Positions 17,265 to 26,620 of a stretch of DNA of 39,561 nucleotides are shown piece by piece (the first letter of the stretch is position 1; each line of letters begins with the position of its first letter). The notes below the pieces were generated by a model. It saw only the letters and a program-made list of their open reading frames with translations. It searched no databases and was not told the DNA's origin. Made by a program: the position numbers and the translations under genes. Location: positions 1 to 39,561 of the forward strand of contig DATNRC010000349.1 of the NCBI GenBank assembly GCA_036703705.1. Direction: 5' to 3'. Source of the stretch: Candidatus Obscuribacterales bacterium (GTDB taxonomy: Bacteria > Cyanobacteriota > Vampirovibrionia > Obscuribacterales > Obscuribacteraceae).

Positions 17265-19613
17265 TTACTCCCAGTGTCGGAGAATCTTTTTCAATTCCTT
17301 TGCGAATTTGCCGAACCGGCCGCCGTGCTCCTTGCCTTCTGGCTTCCCGAATTGCACGTCGCACTTAGGCAAGGCGGCCTTCAAGGCATTCTGCTCATCC
17401 ATGGTCCAGCCATCCGAGCATAAAATGAGCGTTCTCAACTGGGTCATTTTCTCGAGGGTTGGACGCGATCCTGAGCCTCGAGGGGTACTTGTAAGATGAA
17501 GACGGGTCAAATTCTTCAATTTCGTGAGATGCGACAAGCCCCTATCTGTTACTTTTGGATTGTGTCCAAGATGTATGTCCACCAGCGACTGTTTTTGGCT
17601 TATGCGCTCGAGTCCTGCGTCATCCAACCCTGTGCCTTCAACAGAAATATGGGTGAGCTGTTTCATTCTCGCAAGTGCTTCGCAGATACCTGGAGTGATC
17701 GGAATCAGGTCGATATTTATGGCCGTCAGTCGGGGCAGTTTCGAAAGATAAGCTATACCGTGCTCAGTGATCTTTGGATTGTTGCGGATGTTCAAATTGT
17801 CCAGGGATGCGATTCGCGAGATGTGCTGGGCACTGGAGTCGTCTAGATCGGTATCTTCGAGAGAGAGAACGGACAGAGGCGCCTTTGCGAGCTTCGGAAG
17901 TACCAGATTGATTTCCGGTATGGCATCGGCTCTGAAGTGAATCATTTTCTCGAAATTAAGTTTGGCGAGGCCCTTTCCGGTGACGCGTGTGTTTGAAACC
18001 ATGAGCACTTTCAACGGACTGTGATCTATCAAATAACTGAGCCCCACGTCTGATGTCTTAGAATCCTGGACGTTAAGATAAGTCAGGCGGTCGAAATTGC
18101 GCACAAATGCCAAAGTCTCGTCTGATACTCGACTGATATCTGCCTGCTCTACGGCTTCCAGATAATCCTTCACCCTGTAGATGATGGTGACGGCGCGTAC
18201 CTCATCTTGCCTGAAACGATTTAGTTCACGAAGATGAGATTGGCAAAAGAGCGAGTCAAGAAATAGGCAGACTGGGATGTCTAGCTCTCTTCTTCCCACG
18301 GCGTCGACCGCTTTGTCAGGATCCGATGGCTCGGATCCGACGCGGAAGATTGATTTGCGAGCGACGTCCAATGGAAATACAAACTGGCGCCGTCTGCCCG
18401 CACCATCACCTTCCTTTGTCGAGAAGTATGAACGCTCGAAATTATACGTATCCGGCTTAGTAGTGATACTTTCGACAGGCGGAAGAACTGCCGGCGCTGG
18501 TTGAGATCCCTTGCCCACGAAGTAACCTGCAGTGGCGCCGAGTAACAAGAAGCCGATTGCACCGACGATCATGAAAGCGATGTTCGTCCGCCTTTCGGCG
18601 ACGGCGAGCGCGACTTGCTGTGCATCAATCTGAATGGTCTCCGGCTCGCGCTGCAACATCATGAGATCGTTGGCGAGCTCGAGAAAACTCTGATATCGTG
18701 CATCAGGATTTTTCTCCAGGCAGCGGCGAACGATTTTCTCCAGGGTTTCCGGGTACTCTCTTCCGAGCGACGCTTCTTTCAGACTTTGCGGCTGTTCTGA
18801 TTGGTGACGCATCATTGTCGCGAGCGCTGTCTCACCCGCAAATGGTGGTGCACCAGTCAGTGCCTCGAACATCACACAGCCAAATGAGTATATGTCCGAG
18901 CGGTGATCGACTTTCATGCCGGTGCACTGCTCGGGGCTCATGTAAAGCGGTGTTCCGAAGACCTCACCAGTCCTTGTAAGCGCTTCGCCACCCTCGCCCT
19001 CGATCATTTTCGCAATGCCAAAATCGACTACTTTGGCTGTGTATTCGCTGGTCACAGAATCAGTTTTCGTAAGAATAATGTTGCTCGGCTTTAGATCTCG
19101 ATGCACAACTCCCTGCTGGTGAGCGAAGGCCAGGCCAAAACATATCGGCGGGAACAAGCGCAACGCATCCTCGACGGAGATCGTTCCAATTTGTTTGAGA
19201 TATTGTGTAAGCGTCTTGCCCTCTACCAGATCCATGACGAAATATGGCAGTTGATTTTCAATCAATCCAAATTCGTGGGCCTTGACTAAATTTCGATGGT
19301 CTAGTTTGCTCGCTGCTCGTGCTTCTTTCTGGAATCGGCGTATTGCAATCTCCGGCAATTGGACCGTGGTGAGAATCTTGAGAGCGAATTGCTTTTTTAG
19401 AAAGATTTGCTCGACTTTGTAGACGGTGCCCATCCCCCCGTGCCCGATCAGGGACAAAACTTTATATCGATCGCCGATTATGTAACCTTCCGGAAGGGCT
19501 GCGTGCCTGGCAAGGAGCGAGATGAACGATCCCTGTGGCGAGCTTTCATCCGAAAGTTCGCCATTGTCGCCGCAGAGCCCAGTCTTCTCACGTTCGCGAT
19601 CGTCGGCCGGCAT
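17265..19613 (-). CDS. Ser/Thr protein kinase with TM segment and C-terminal leucine-rich repeats
   Basis: IGHGGMGTVYKV, FALKIL, HRDLKPSNIIL, DFGIAK, GTPLYMSPEQ. TM helix IAFMIVGAIGFLLLGATAGYFVG. C-terminal ~24-aa LRR units (L..L.L....ITD.GL..L). Confidence 0.95.
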   Translation of the reverse strand: MPADDREREKTGLCGDNGELSDESSPQGSFISLLARHAALPEGYIIGDRYKVLSLIGHGGMGTVYKVEQIFLKKQFALKILTTVQLPEIAIRRFQKEARAASKLDHRNLVKAHEFGLIENQLPYFVMDLVEGKTLTQYLKQIGTISVEDALRLFPPICFGLAFAHQQGVVHRDLKPSNIILTKTDSVTSEYTAKVVDFGIAKMIEGEGGEALTRTGEVFGTPLYMSPEQCTGMKVDHRSDIYSFGCVMFEALTGAPPFAGETALATMMRHQSEQPQSLKEASLGREYPETLEKIVRRCLEKNPDARYQSFLELANDLMMLQREPETIQIDAQQVALAVAERRTNIAFMIVGAIGFLLLGATAGYFVGKGSQPAPAVLPPVESITTKPDTYNFERSYFSTKEGDGAGRRRQFVFPLDVARKSIFRVGSEPSDPDKAVDAVGRRELDIPVCLFLDSLFCQSHLRELNRFRQDEVRAVTIIYRVKDYLEAVEQADISRVSDETLAFVRNFDRLTYLNVQDSKTSDVGLSYLIDHSPLKVLMVSNTRVTGKGLAKLNFEKMIHFRADAIPEINLVLPKLAKAPLSVLSLEDTDLDDSSAQHISRIASLDNLNIRNNPKITEHGIAYLSKLPRLTAINIDLIPITPGICEALARMKQLTHISVEGTGLDDAGLERISQKQSLVDIHLGHNPKVTDRGLSHLTKLKNLTRLHLTSTPRGSGSRPTLEKMTQLRTLILCSDGWTMDEQNALKAALPKCDVQFGKPEGKEHGGRFGKFAKELKKILRHWE

Positions 19614-19863
19614 CGATCGGTGTCCTTGGAATTACGCCCTTGTCATTTGCCATCTTAACCCATTCATTGTCCGGCGCGGGGAGCAAGCTTCTTGCTGCTT
19701 TCTCCCGAGCCCTCTGCCTTCCCGGCGGCTCCCGGTTCGGATGGGCATCTGTCTGTCCGATAAAAAGGCGTTTGGATCACATTCCCCTCCCGTTTGAAAA
19801 GCGCGCTTTTGCTAGGATATAGAGCGGCACAGAGTGGTACATTGCGGGCAAACGGGAGGCAGT

Positions 19864-20508
19864 ATGGACTTCGCTGAAGTCAAAAGGCGTTTGAAAGGAC
19901 TGGATACGGCATGCATTTGCGACGCGCGGAAGACTGTTAGAGTATTTGATCCGGCAATACGGCCACTTTCAAGTGGATTGAAACTTATAGGCAAGGCGCG
20001 AACAGTTCGCTGCCGCAACGATTTTCTGACTGTCGTTCAAGCCCTTGGCGAGGCTGGGGAGGACGATGTTCTTGTCATTGACGGACAAGGCGGCGAAAAG
20101 GCTCTGGCTGGCGAACTGTTTTGCACGGAAGCCATCCGCCGCGGGTTGGCTGGAATAGTCATCGACGGTGCTTGCCGAGATTCTCGCACGCTGCGGCAGT
20201 TGGCATTGCCCATTTACGCACGGGCAATATTACCTGCGGCCGGTACGGCAATCCAGATTTGCGAGCAGCAAATCGCTATTACATGCGGTGGCGTCACAGT
20301 AGAGCCAGGCGACATCGTATTTGGTGACGATGACGGACTTATAGTGACGACGATGAAAGAGCTCGAAGAGACATTGCCGATTGCTGAAGAAATTCAACGC
20401 AAGGAAACAGTGGTCTTAGAGCGCCTGAACGAAGGCGAGTCATTGTTCGAAATGCTCAATTTGCTTGAGCACACCGCAAATGTATCGAGCAAGATTGACA
20501 GCAAATGA
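19864..20508 (+). CDS. RraA family protein (RNase E regulator / HMG aldolase-like)
   Basis: Start moved to ATG 19864 (GGGAGG SD). DTACICDA, GKARTVRC, LAGELFCTEAIRRGLAGIVIDGACRD. Confidence 0.85.
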   Translation: MDFAEVKRRLKGLDTACICDARKTVRVFDPAIRPLSSGLKLIGKARTVRCRNDFLTVVQALGEAGEDDVLVIDGQGGEKALAGELFCTEAIRRGLAGIVIDGACRDSRTLRQLALPIYARAILPAAGTAIQICEQQIAITCGGVTVEPGDIVFGDDDGLIVTTMKELEETLPIAEEIQRKETVVLERLNEGESLFEMLNLLEHTANVSSKIDSK

Positions 20509-20632
20509 CAATTCCAGCTGTGACGCAACGCAAATAGGGTGACGCACAAATGCGCAATACTGGCAAGCGTGCAGAAAATGCACAGTGACTGCAAAAACGC
20601 GCAGAAGGGCGGAGTGAGTTGCAAATAAGTGC

Positions 20633-20659
20633 AAAACGCGCCGCCCCTTCGCTGGCGCG
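20633..20659 (-). terminator. intrinsic terminator of the cupin gene
   Basis: Minus strand just after the stop: CGCGCC-AGCGAAGGGGC-GGCGCG followed by UUUU. Confidence 0.6.
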
Positions 20660-20666
20660 CGCAGCG

Positions 20667-21137
20667 TTATTGCGGCCAGGTGACCGGCTCCTCGCTTCTT
20701 ATTCCATCTTCGAACGTGTCTGCATTCAAAGAATGCTCTTTGGCCTGGACGCAAATGAAGTAAAGGTCTTCATTCGCATTGCTTCTCAGGGTCCGACTGC
20801 CTGATGTAGAGATTCGCACCATTGAGCCTTCCTCCACGTCGAATATCTGCTTGTCAATCTGCATTTGCCCGCGGCCCTTGATGAAGATGTAGCACTCCTC
20901 GTTTTCTCGATGCTGGTGATAAAACGGTACTGCCGCGCCGGCCGGCAATTTGTTCACCGATATTTGCATGCTGTTCAGACCCAGCAATTCTCGAATGAAT
21001 AATTTGCCCCTGACAGTGCGGTTGAGTGCCGGCACCTCGAGCTTATAAGAATGCAGATCTGCAAGCGGTCCCATGTGAATCACTGTGAAATTTTGACCTT
21101 GCAGCGGTTTTACATCTGCTTGTTGTTGAACTGGCAT
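20667..21137 (-). CDS. cupin domain protein
   Basis: Start moved to ATG 21137 (GAGGAGG SD). VPFYHQHRENEECYIFIKGRGQMQID is the cupin motif. Confidence 0.85.
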   Translation of the reverse strand: MPVQQQADVKPLQGQNFTVIHMGPLADLHSYKLEVPALNRTVRGKLFIRELLGLNSMQISVNKLPAGAAVPFYHQHRENEECYIFIKGRGQMQIDKQIFDVEEGSMVRISTSGSRTLRSNANEDLYFICVQAKEHSLNADTFEDGIRSEEPVTWPQ

Positions 21138-21262
21138 AACGACCTCCTCAGTTGTGGCATGGGTTTTGAACCGGGCGCCAATGCCGGCCCGATTCAGCGA
21201 AGAACGATTGAATTTCAAAAGGCAGTTGCCCTCCCCTCACAAAGGGGGCTCGGGCAATAATG

Positions 21263-21325
21263 TACTGACTGGTATATAATAGAATGATGATCGAGATTGG
21301 TCAAGGAGTTGTGTACCGAACAGTA
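21263..21325. promoter_or_regulatory. candidate TetR operator pair in the divergent cupin/TetR intergenic region
   Basis: TACTGACTGGTA (21263-21274) and TACCGAACAGTA (21314-21325) are inverted copies of each other (9/12). Each is semi-palindromic (TAC....GTA). A TATAAT hexamer overlaps the first site. Confidence 0.3.
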
Positions 21326-21332
21326 AAGAAAT

Positions 21333-21920
21333 ATGGCAAAAGGCAGACCACGGGAATTTGATACCGAAGAGGCGCTGGACAAGGCGATAATTGTCTTTTG
21401 GCGGAAGGGTTATCGCGGCACGTCATTAGATGATTTGACTGAAGCGATGGAGATCAACCGCCCCAGCTTATATGCTGCCTTTGTCGATAAAGAAAGGCTC
21501 TTTCTTTCCGCAATAGATAGGTACAGATCGAAATTTCTAGCTCCACCGACAAAGAAGCTCATCAATGCCTCGAGCCTGCGCGAAGGTCTGCCCGAATTTC
21601 TCAAGGGGATGGGAGCAGTGATTTTGAATGATGAGACGCCGCCTGGATGCATGATTGCTTGTTTGCTCAGTGAAGAATGCTGCGACTCGGCGGCGATAAA
21701 AGGGAAGCTGCTGGATTCGATTGCTCTGGCCGATTCAACCTTTCAGCCGATTTTCGAGAAGCACAAAGCGGAGCTGGCCCCCGGAATCGACCCTGCTACC
21801 GCGGCCCGTTTGTTGACCACTGCGCTTCATGGCATGGCAATTCGCGCCCGAGCGGGCGGAGGCAAGCGCGACCTGGTGCGCATTTCTTCCGGGCTGGTGC
21901 GCGCTCTTCTTTGCGGCTAA
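21333..21920 (+). CDS. TetR/AcrR family transcriptional regulator
   Basis: N-terminal HTH: GYRGTSLDDLTEAMEINRPSLYAAFVDKERLF. 195 aa. Confidence 0.93.
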   Translation: MAKGRPREFDTEEALDKAIIVFWRKGYRGTSLDDLTEAMEINRPSLYAAFVDKERLFLSAIDRYRSKFLAPPTKKLINASSLREGLPEFLKGMGAVILNDETPPGCMIACLLSEECCDSAAIKGKLLDSIALADSTFQPIFEKHKAELAPGIDPATAARLLTTALHGMAIRARAGGGKRDLVRISSGLVRALLCG

Positions 21921-22129
21921 GCGAGCGCGAAGTGACTTTGGCTGTTTTCCTGATTTAATGTTGGACTACGTAATTCTCCCACTGACATCGTAAAAATACG
22001 GTGGTTAAATTGGCGCACAACTAAAGCCCCTCTTCTCCCCTACCCTTCTCTACATAAATCCCTTTACTATGCCGAGATTTGCTCTCGCGCTGGTGTAGTT
22101 CGCTCGCCAGGCGCGGGAAAGGACGGCCT

Positions 22130-24244
22130 ATGTCGCTAACGAAAGATTGCGGCGATGCTGCCGCTTCTGATTCTGCGTCCACGCGCAGTCTCACTAAAGA
22201 GGACGTGCTCTCATATCACAAAGAAGCGAACAGCCTTCTTTGTAAAAACCAAGAGGACGAAAAGACCAAACAGCTGCTTCCAGGACTGATTCTGGAAGAC
22301 AGCGAGAAGCAGCCGGCCGGAGCGCCCGCGGATAATGCCACCTCCCTTGGTGCAGAGGTTCTTGTGGACAAGACGCAGCAGTTTGGCTCTGCTCTTAAAG
22401 ACCGGATTGTGCCTGACCCAGAGCTGGGAACCAGAGCAGTCGCAGCTTTGAATGAAATCGCAGATAATCCCAGTTTGCTGCGGCGCATCTCCCAGGACGG
22501 CGTGTCAATTTCGCGCAAAGATTTGCAGACCGCATTGGTGCTGGATTCCCGGGTAAGAGCAAAGGACGGCCCGGCACCATACGGTCCCGATCATCTTCTA
22601 ACTGACAATGAAACAAAAGCTGTTAAGTATTTGCACGATAATTGGAGCAACATAGTCGGGCGCGAAGGACGGAGTATTGATGTCAAACAATTCAGTTCTG
22701 ACTTACTAAACCGCAATAGCGATTATTCAGTGGTTGAAGCGATCAAAAACGTCGCTAAAGGCGCTCCAATAGATGATGTCGCCTCTGCTGTCAAAAATCT
22801 GGATCCAGCGACAAAAGCCAGACTGTCTGATCTCGTCGCTCAGAACGTAAAGGAGACGTCAAGCAACAAGGAGCAGGAGTCGGTTTATTCTGACCGCATC
22901 AACAAGCTCGATCCCAGCCAAGTCAAAGAAGTCAGCGACGAGCTTTTCGATCGCATAGATAAGGACAAAGATGGGCATCTGAGCAAAAGCGAGCTGGGAC
23001 AAGCAATGGAAGACCAGCAGTTTACCGGACAGGAAGCACAGGTCGTCGCTGCCCTCCACAAAAACCGAGAGGCTCTGGAAGAGTTGAGTGACGACGAATG
23101 GTTCGATGAAAACGACGGCATTACCAGGAAAGATCTGCAAAAATTTGACGAGATGGAGGCTGATAGAAGCAAGCGCACGGATGCCGTCTATGACGGGGAA
23201 GATTGGACCGACAAGCGTTTCAAATCCTTTGATAAGAACGGCGACGGACTCTTGTCTTCGGATGAGGTGGACAACGCTTTGAAGCAAAAGGACGGTTTGA
23301 CCGATCAAGACAAGCGGATACTTGCGCACCTCAAGGAAAAGTACAACGAGATCAAGAACGAATCTAACGACCAGATTTTTGCTGAATCTTCTATCAGCCA
23401 GAAGGACATCAAAGAATACACCGCGAAGTGGATGAGAGACGGAGACGTAGCCAAGCTGGTAGGCGACGTGGACTGGAATATGTACAGAACCAGTCAAAAT
23501 CAAGTCGACGGTTACAGCAAAGAACTGTTTGCCAATAAAGAAGATCCAGTCAAGAGTGTCACCCCAGATGCCATCAAACAGGGAACCATAGGAGATTGCT
23601 ATCTCGAGTCTTCGCTGGCAGCGGTGGCCAATCAAGATCCCGAGTCGATTGTCAAAATGATCAAGGACAATGGGGATGGCACCTACACGGTGACATTCCC
23701 GGGCGATCCCAAACATCCGGTCACCGTGAAGGCACCAACTGAGGCCGAAATGGGACTCTACAATTACGGCAGCAAGGACGGAGCCTGGGCCTGCGTAATG
23801 GAGAAGGCCTATGGCAAATATCTGCAGCAGTACAAAGGACACGGCGGCGCCACTCCAGCCGAGGGAGCCGATGGTGGTGGATACGCTGAAGATCCGCTCG
23901 AGCTTCTGACGGCAAAAAACTACAGCCGTAAAGACATTAGCGATATGTCACAAAAGCAATTAGTCAAAGAGCTGACAGATGCTTTTGCGGAAGGCAACGA
24001 AGAACCAATAGAGGCCAGCGTCTCCGGCGACAAGGGGAAGGGCAAGGGAGGGACAAGCGTTGATGGCTTCCCAACTCATCACTCATATACTGTCGTCGGC
24101 TTCAAGCCTGATGGCAATGGTGGTGGCACAGTCATCATCCGCAATCCTTGGGGCGGCGCAGATGGCACTACAAGTGGTACCATTGAAATGCCGTTAGATA
24201 AATTCGTAAGGAATTTCTCGGAACTCACCTATTTCAAAGACTGA
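22130..24244 (+). CDS. calpain-like cysteine protease (peptidase C2) with N-terminal EF-hand modules
   Basis: Catalytic blocks QGTIGDCYLESSLAAVA (Cys), THHSYTVVGF (His), IIRNPWG (Asn). Canonical EF loops DKDKDGHLSKSE and DKNGDGLLSSDE. Start taken at ATG 22130. Confidence 0.88.
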   Translation: MSLTKDCGDAAASDSASTRSLTKEDVLSYHKEANSLLCKNQEDEKTKQLLPGLILEDSEKQPAGAPADNATSLGAEVLVDKTQQFGSALKDRIVPDPELGTRAVAALNEIADNPSLLRRISQDGVSISRKDLQTALVLDSRVRAKDGPAPYGPDHLLTDNETKAVKYLHDNWSNIVGREGRSIDVKQFSSDLLNRNSDYSVVEAIKNVAKGAPIDDVASAVKNLDPATKARLSDLVAQNVKETSSNKEQESVYSDRINKLDPSQVKEVSDELFDRIDKDKDGHLSKSELGQAMEDQQFTGQEAQVVAALHKNREALEELSDDEWFDENDGITRKDLQKFDEMEADRSKRTDAVYDGEDWTDKRFKSFDKNGDGLLSSDEVDNALKQKDGLTDQDKRILAHLKEKYNEIKNESNDQIFAESSISQKDIKEYTAKWMRDGDVAKLVGDVDWNMYRTSQNQVDGYSKELFANKEDPVKSVTPDAIKQGTIGDCYLESSLAAVANQDPESIVKMIKDNGDGTYTVTFPGDPKHPVTVKAPTEAEMGLYNYGSKDGAWACVMEKAYGKYLQQYKGHGGATPAEGADGGGYAEDPLELLTAKNYSRKDISDMSQKQLVKELTDAFAEGNEEPIEASVSGDKGKGKGGTSVDGFPTHHSYTVVGFKPDGNGGGTVIIRNPWGGADGTTSGTIEMPLDKFVRNFSELTYFKD

Positions 24245-24262
24245 CACACACCGGAGAAAACG

Positions 24263-25216
24263 ATGGAATATATCAGGCCACAGCAAGCAGAAGTGCGACA
24301 GGAGCAGGACGTTTCGGATGTGTTCAGAGCTCAATTGAATGACTTCGCTTACACGGACAAAGCAAACAAGCATTCGACACTGAGCATAGAGATTCTGAAA
24401 CGGCAGGAAGCGCCAGGCACCGCACCTGGTACTGCGGAAGCAGCGCGATTGTTCAATGATGCGCTTACCAGTCGCATTGAGCGCCTGCCCGCTGAGGAGA
24501 AGGACGCATTCCCTTCCCTTGTCACTGCAACGGCTGCCTCAATTGACACTTTGCTTGCCGCGCGAGATCCGGTGCGCAGCATGGTCAAAAACAATAATGT
24601 GCGCGGAGCCGAGCAGCAGCAATTGGGCGTCATCAAGCAAAGCGATCAGATCCCTGCAAAGGCGCTCCTTCTCGGTGTAAGGGCTGTGAAAGATGCGCTC
24701 AATGAGACTGATGATGAAGATGTTCGCGCCCGGCTGAAAGAAAAGCAAACGGCTCTGCAGCAAACTCTCGCGCTGCCATTTACAGAACGATTTCGCCTGG
24801 CCGCGATGCAGTTGAGCCAGCGCAAATTAGAAGACGCGGAGAAGACGCTTGAAGAAGCACTGAAGGTGAAGCTTCCGCCCCATGTTCTGGAGAACGAATC
24901 GATACGGAATTTGATTGGTTACGCGCTTGCAGAACGCAGGCATCTGGAAACAACTCGCTCCATCCCTAAGTTCACGCGCGAAAGGTTTTCCAGCGTGGCA
25001 GGCAGCGATGGCTATATGAGCCAAGAAGAGCTGTCGTCAGCACTGGCGAAATCTCAGTTCAATGAGCTCGAAAAGAGAATTATCGCCTTCATGATCAAAG
25101 AATACGACAAACTTATCGACATGAAGAACGACGGCTTCTTTCGCAATGCTAAAGGCATATCGAAAAGAGATCTTGAGCAATATTGGGAGAGCACTCGACC
25201 CGGTGAATTTCGCTAG
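24263..25216 (+). CDS. helical protein with C-terminal EF-hand-like module paralogous to those of the adjacent calpain
   Basis: FSSVAGSDGYMSQEELSSAL...KRIIAFMIKEYDKLIDMKNDGFFRNAKGISKRDLEQYW parallels the calpain segment FKSFDKNGDGLLSSDEVDNAL...KRILAHLKEKYNEIKNESNDQIFAESSISQKDIKEYTAKW. Confidence 0.8.
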   Translation: MEYIRPQQAEVRQEQDVSDVFRAQLNDFAYTDKANKHSTLSIEILKRQEAPGTAPGTAEAARLFNDALTSRIERLPAEEKDAFPSLVTATAASIDTLLAARDPVRSMVKNNNVRGAEQQQLGVIKQSDQIPAKALLLGVRAVKDALNETDDEDVRARLKEKQTALQQTLALPFTERFRLAAMQLSQRKLEDAEKTLEEALKVKLPPHVLENESIRNLIGYALAERRHLETTRSIPKFTRERFSSVAGSDGYMSQEELSSALAKSQFNELEKRIIAFMIKEYDKLIDMKNDGFFRNAKGISKRDLEQYWESTRPGEFR

Positions 25217-25477
25217 CTGCGCATAGAAGGCTGCAGCAGCCGTATGGCCTCTGGTCCGCAGGCTCCAGTTCTGACACAGAGCCTTAAGTAGCCTTGTGCC
25301 AGGCCCGGTGGCGTCAGGAACGGCTGCACCGAACAGCAGCTGCAGCGACCAGCAGCTGCACTGGCCAATGGACGACGGCTTACAAGAGTACCCCTTTGGG
25401 ATGATGTCATTCGCCTGAGCATAGGTGCTACAATCCTTCAAAACATTTCAGGTGATTTCTCCCAGGAGCTAAAGACT

Positions 25478-26578
25478 ATGGCCGTGCGGCGTAATTTGAG
25501 CATTGGATTCCTGTCGGTTTGTGTGGCTGGTTCTGTTTTTCTGTTTGCGCCTTCCACGAGCACAGCTCAGGGCGCGATGCCGAATGTTTCTATGGTGACC
25601 TTACAGGTGGTTCCCGGACCGCAAGGACAGGACTGCGTGGTGACGCCGAAAGGCATGGTGGTTCCGTTGCCTGGAGCGGGTGTTGACGGCAATACCGTTC
25701 AGATCTTCATGGGCGCCCAAGGTGGATATTGGTACATCGACAAGAATGGTCAGCCGGTTGATTTGACTGCTGCCGTCAAACAGTTTCAATCCGCGACTGC
25801 AAAAGCTTCGGAGGTGCCGCAGTACGCACCCGTGCCCAGCCAAACCACATCTTCAGGTGCCGCTGCAGCGACTGCCGCTGCTGCTGGATTGGGAGCCATG
25901 GCTGGTGCTGCTATGACGAATGCGTATTACAACAACGTTCCCTACGGAACGCCGATGTATTATCCGCGAACAGGCAACCCATATTATGTGAATGCGAGCG
26001 GCAATGCCGTATATGTGCAACCGAACAACTCAGTCAACTACAGCACTTACAATGCTGTGCATGCAGAGAATCTCCAGAAGCAGGAAGACTGGTATTCCAG
26101 TCACAAAAACAAAAACACAGATCAATTCAAGAAGTGGAAGAAGAACAGCGATGACAACCCATTCGTAGCCGCCAATAGCGCTCGCTTCGCTGGTGATGGT
26201 GATGCGGACGGCCAAAGAAGATTCGGGAGGCGAGGCGGCGGAGATGCCTTAGGCAGCGATGGCGGGGGGAGATTCGGAAGGCGAGGCGGCGGAGATGCCT
26301 CAGGCAGCGATGGCGGAGGGAGATTCGGAAGGCGAGGCGGCGGAGATGCCTCAAGCAGGGATGGCGGGGGGAGATTCGGAAGGCGAGGCGGCGAAGATGC
26401 CTCAAGCAGCGATGGCGGAGGCAGGCTGGGACGCCGAGGTGGGGAGGATGGTGATAAGGCCGGCGGCAGACTGGGTGGTCGCCGGAATACCGGCGGCGGC
26501 GCACTTCAACAGGCTGGAGACGGCGCTGGCTTGCGGGATGGGGGTGACTCGCCTCGCGGAGGCTTAAGGCGCCGATAG
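25478..26578 (+). CDS. secreted protein with C-terminal RGG/GD tandem repeats
   Basis: Signal peptide MAVRRNLSIGFLSVCVAGSVFLFAPSTSTAQG. C-terminal RFGRRGGGDA.GSDGGG repeated. Confidence 0.85.
   Translation: MAVRRNLSIGFLSVCVAGSVFLFAPSTSTAQGAMPNVSMVTLQVVPGPQGQDCVVTPKGMVVPLPGAGVDGNTVQIFMGAQGGYWYIDKNGQPVDLTAAVKQFQSATAKASEVPQYAPVPSQTTSSGAAAATAAAAGLGAMAGAAMTNAYYNNVPYGTPMYYPRTGNPYYVNASGNAVYVQPNNSVNYSTYNAVHAENLQKQEDWYSSHKNKNTDQFKKWKKNSDDNPFVAANSARFAGDGDADGQRRFGRRGGGDALGSDGGGRFGRRGGGDASGSDGGGRFGRRGGGDASSRDGGGRFGRRGGEDASSSDGGGRLGRRGGEDGDKAGGRLGGRRNTGGGALQQAGDGAGLRDGGDSPRGGLRRR
26219..26480. repeat. 51-nt in-frame tandem repeat, 4 good copies plus degenerate ones
   Basis: agattcgg[g/a]aggcgaggcggcg[g/a]agatgcct.aggcagcgatggcgg.gg starts at 26219, 26270, 26321 and 26372. 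Confidence 0.9.
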
Positions 26579-26620
26579 AAATTCGCAAATCTTTCACATT
26601 AGCGTGCTAAAAATTGCCGT

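Noticed and set aside
22859-23842. 327-aa minus-strand ORF
   Set aside because: It is antisense to the calpain/EF-hand gene, which has unambiguous catalytic and Ca-binding motifs. Its translation is hydrophobic shadow sequence.
26127-26597. 156-aa minus-strand ORF and plus-strand ORF 26259-26567
   Set aside because: They are alternative readings of the 51-nt RGG repeat. Only the 25478-26578 frame has a signal peptide and a non-repetitive N-terminal domain.
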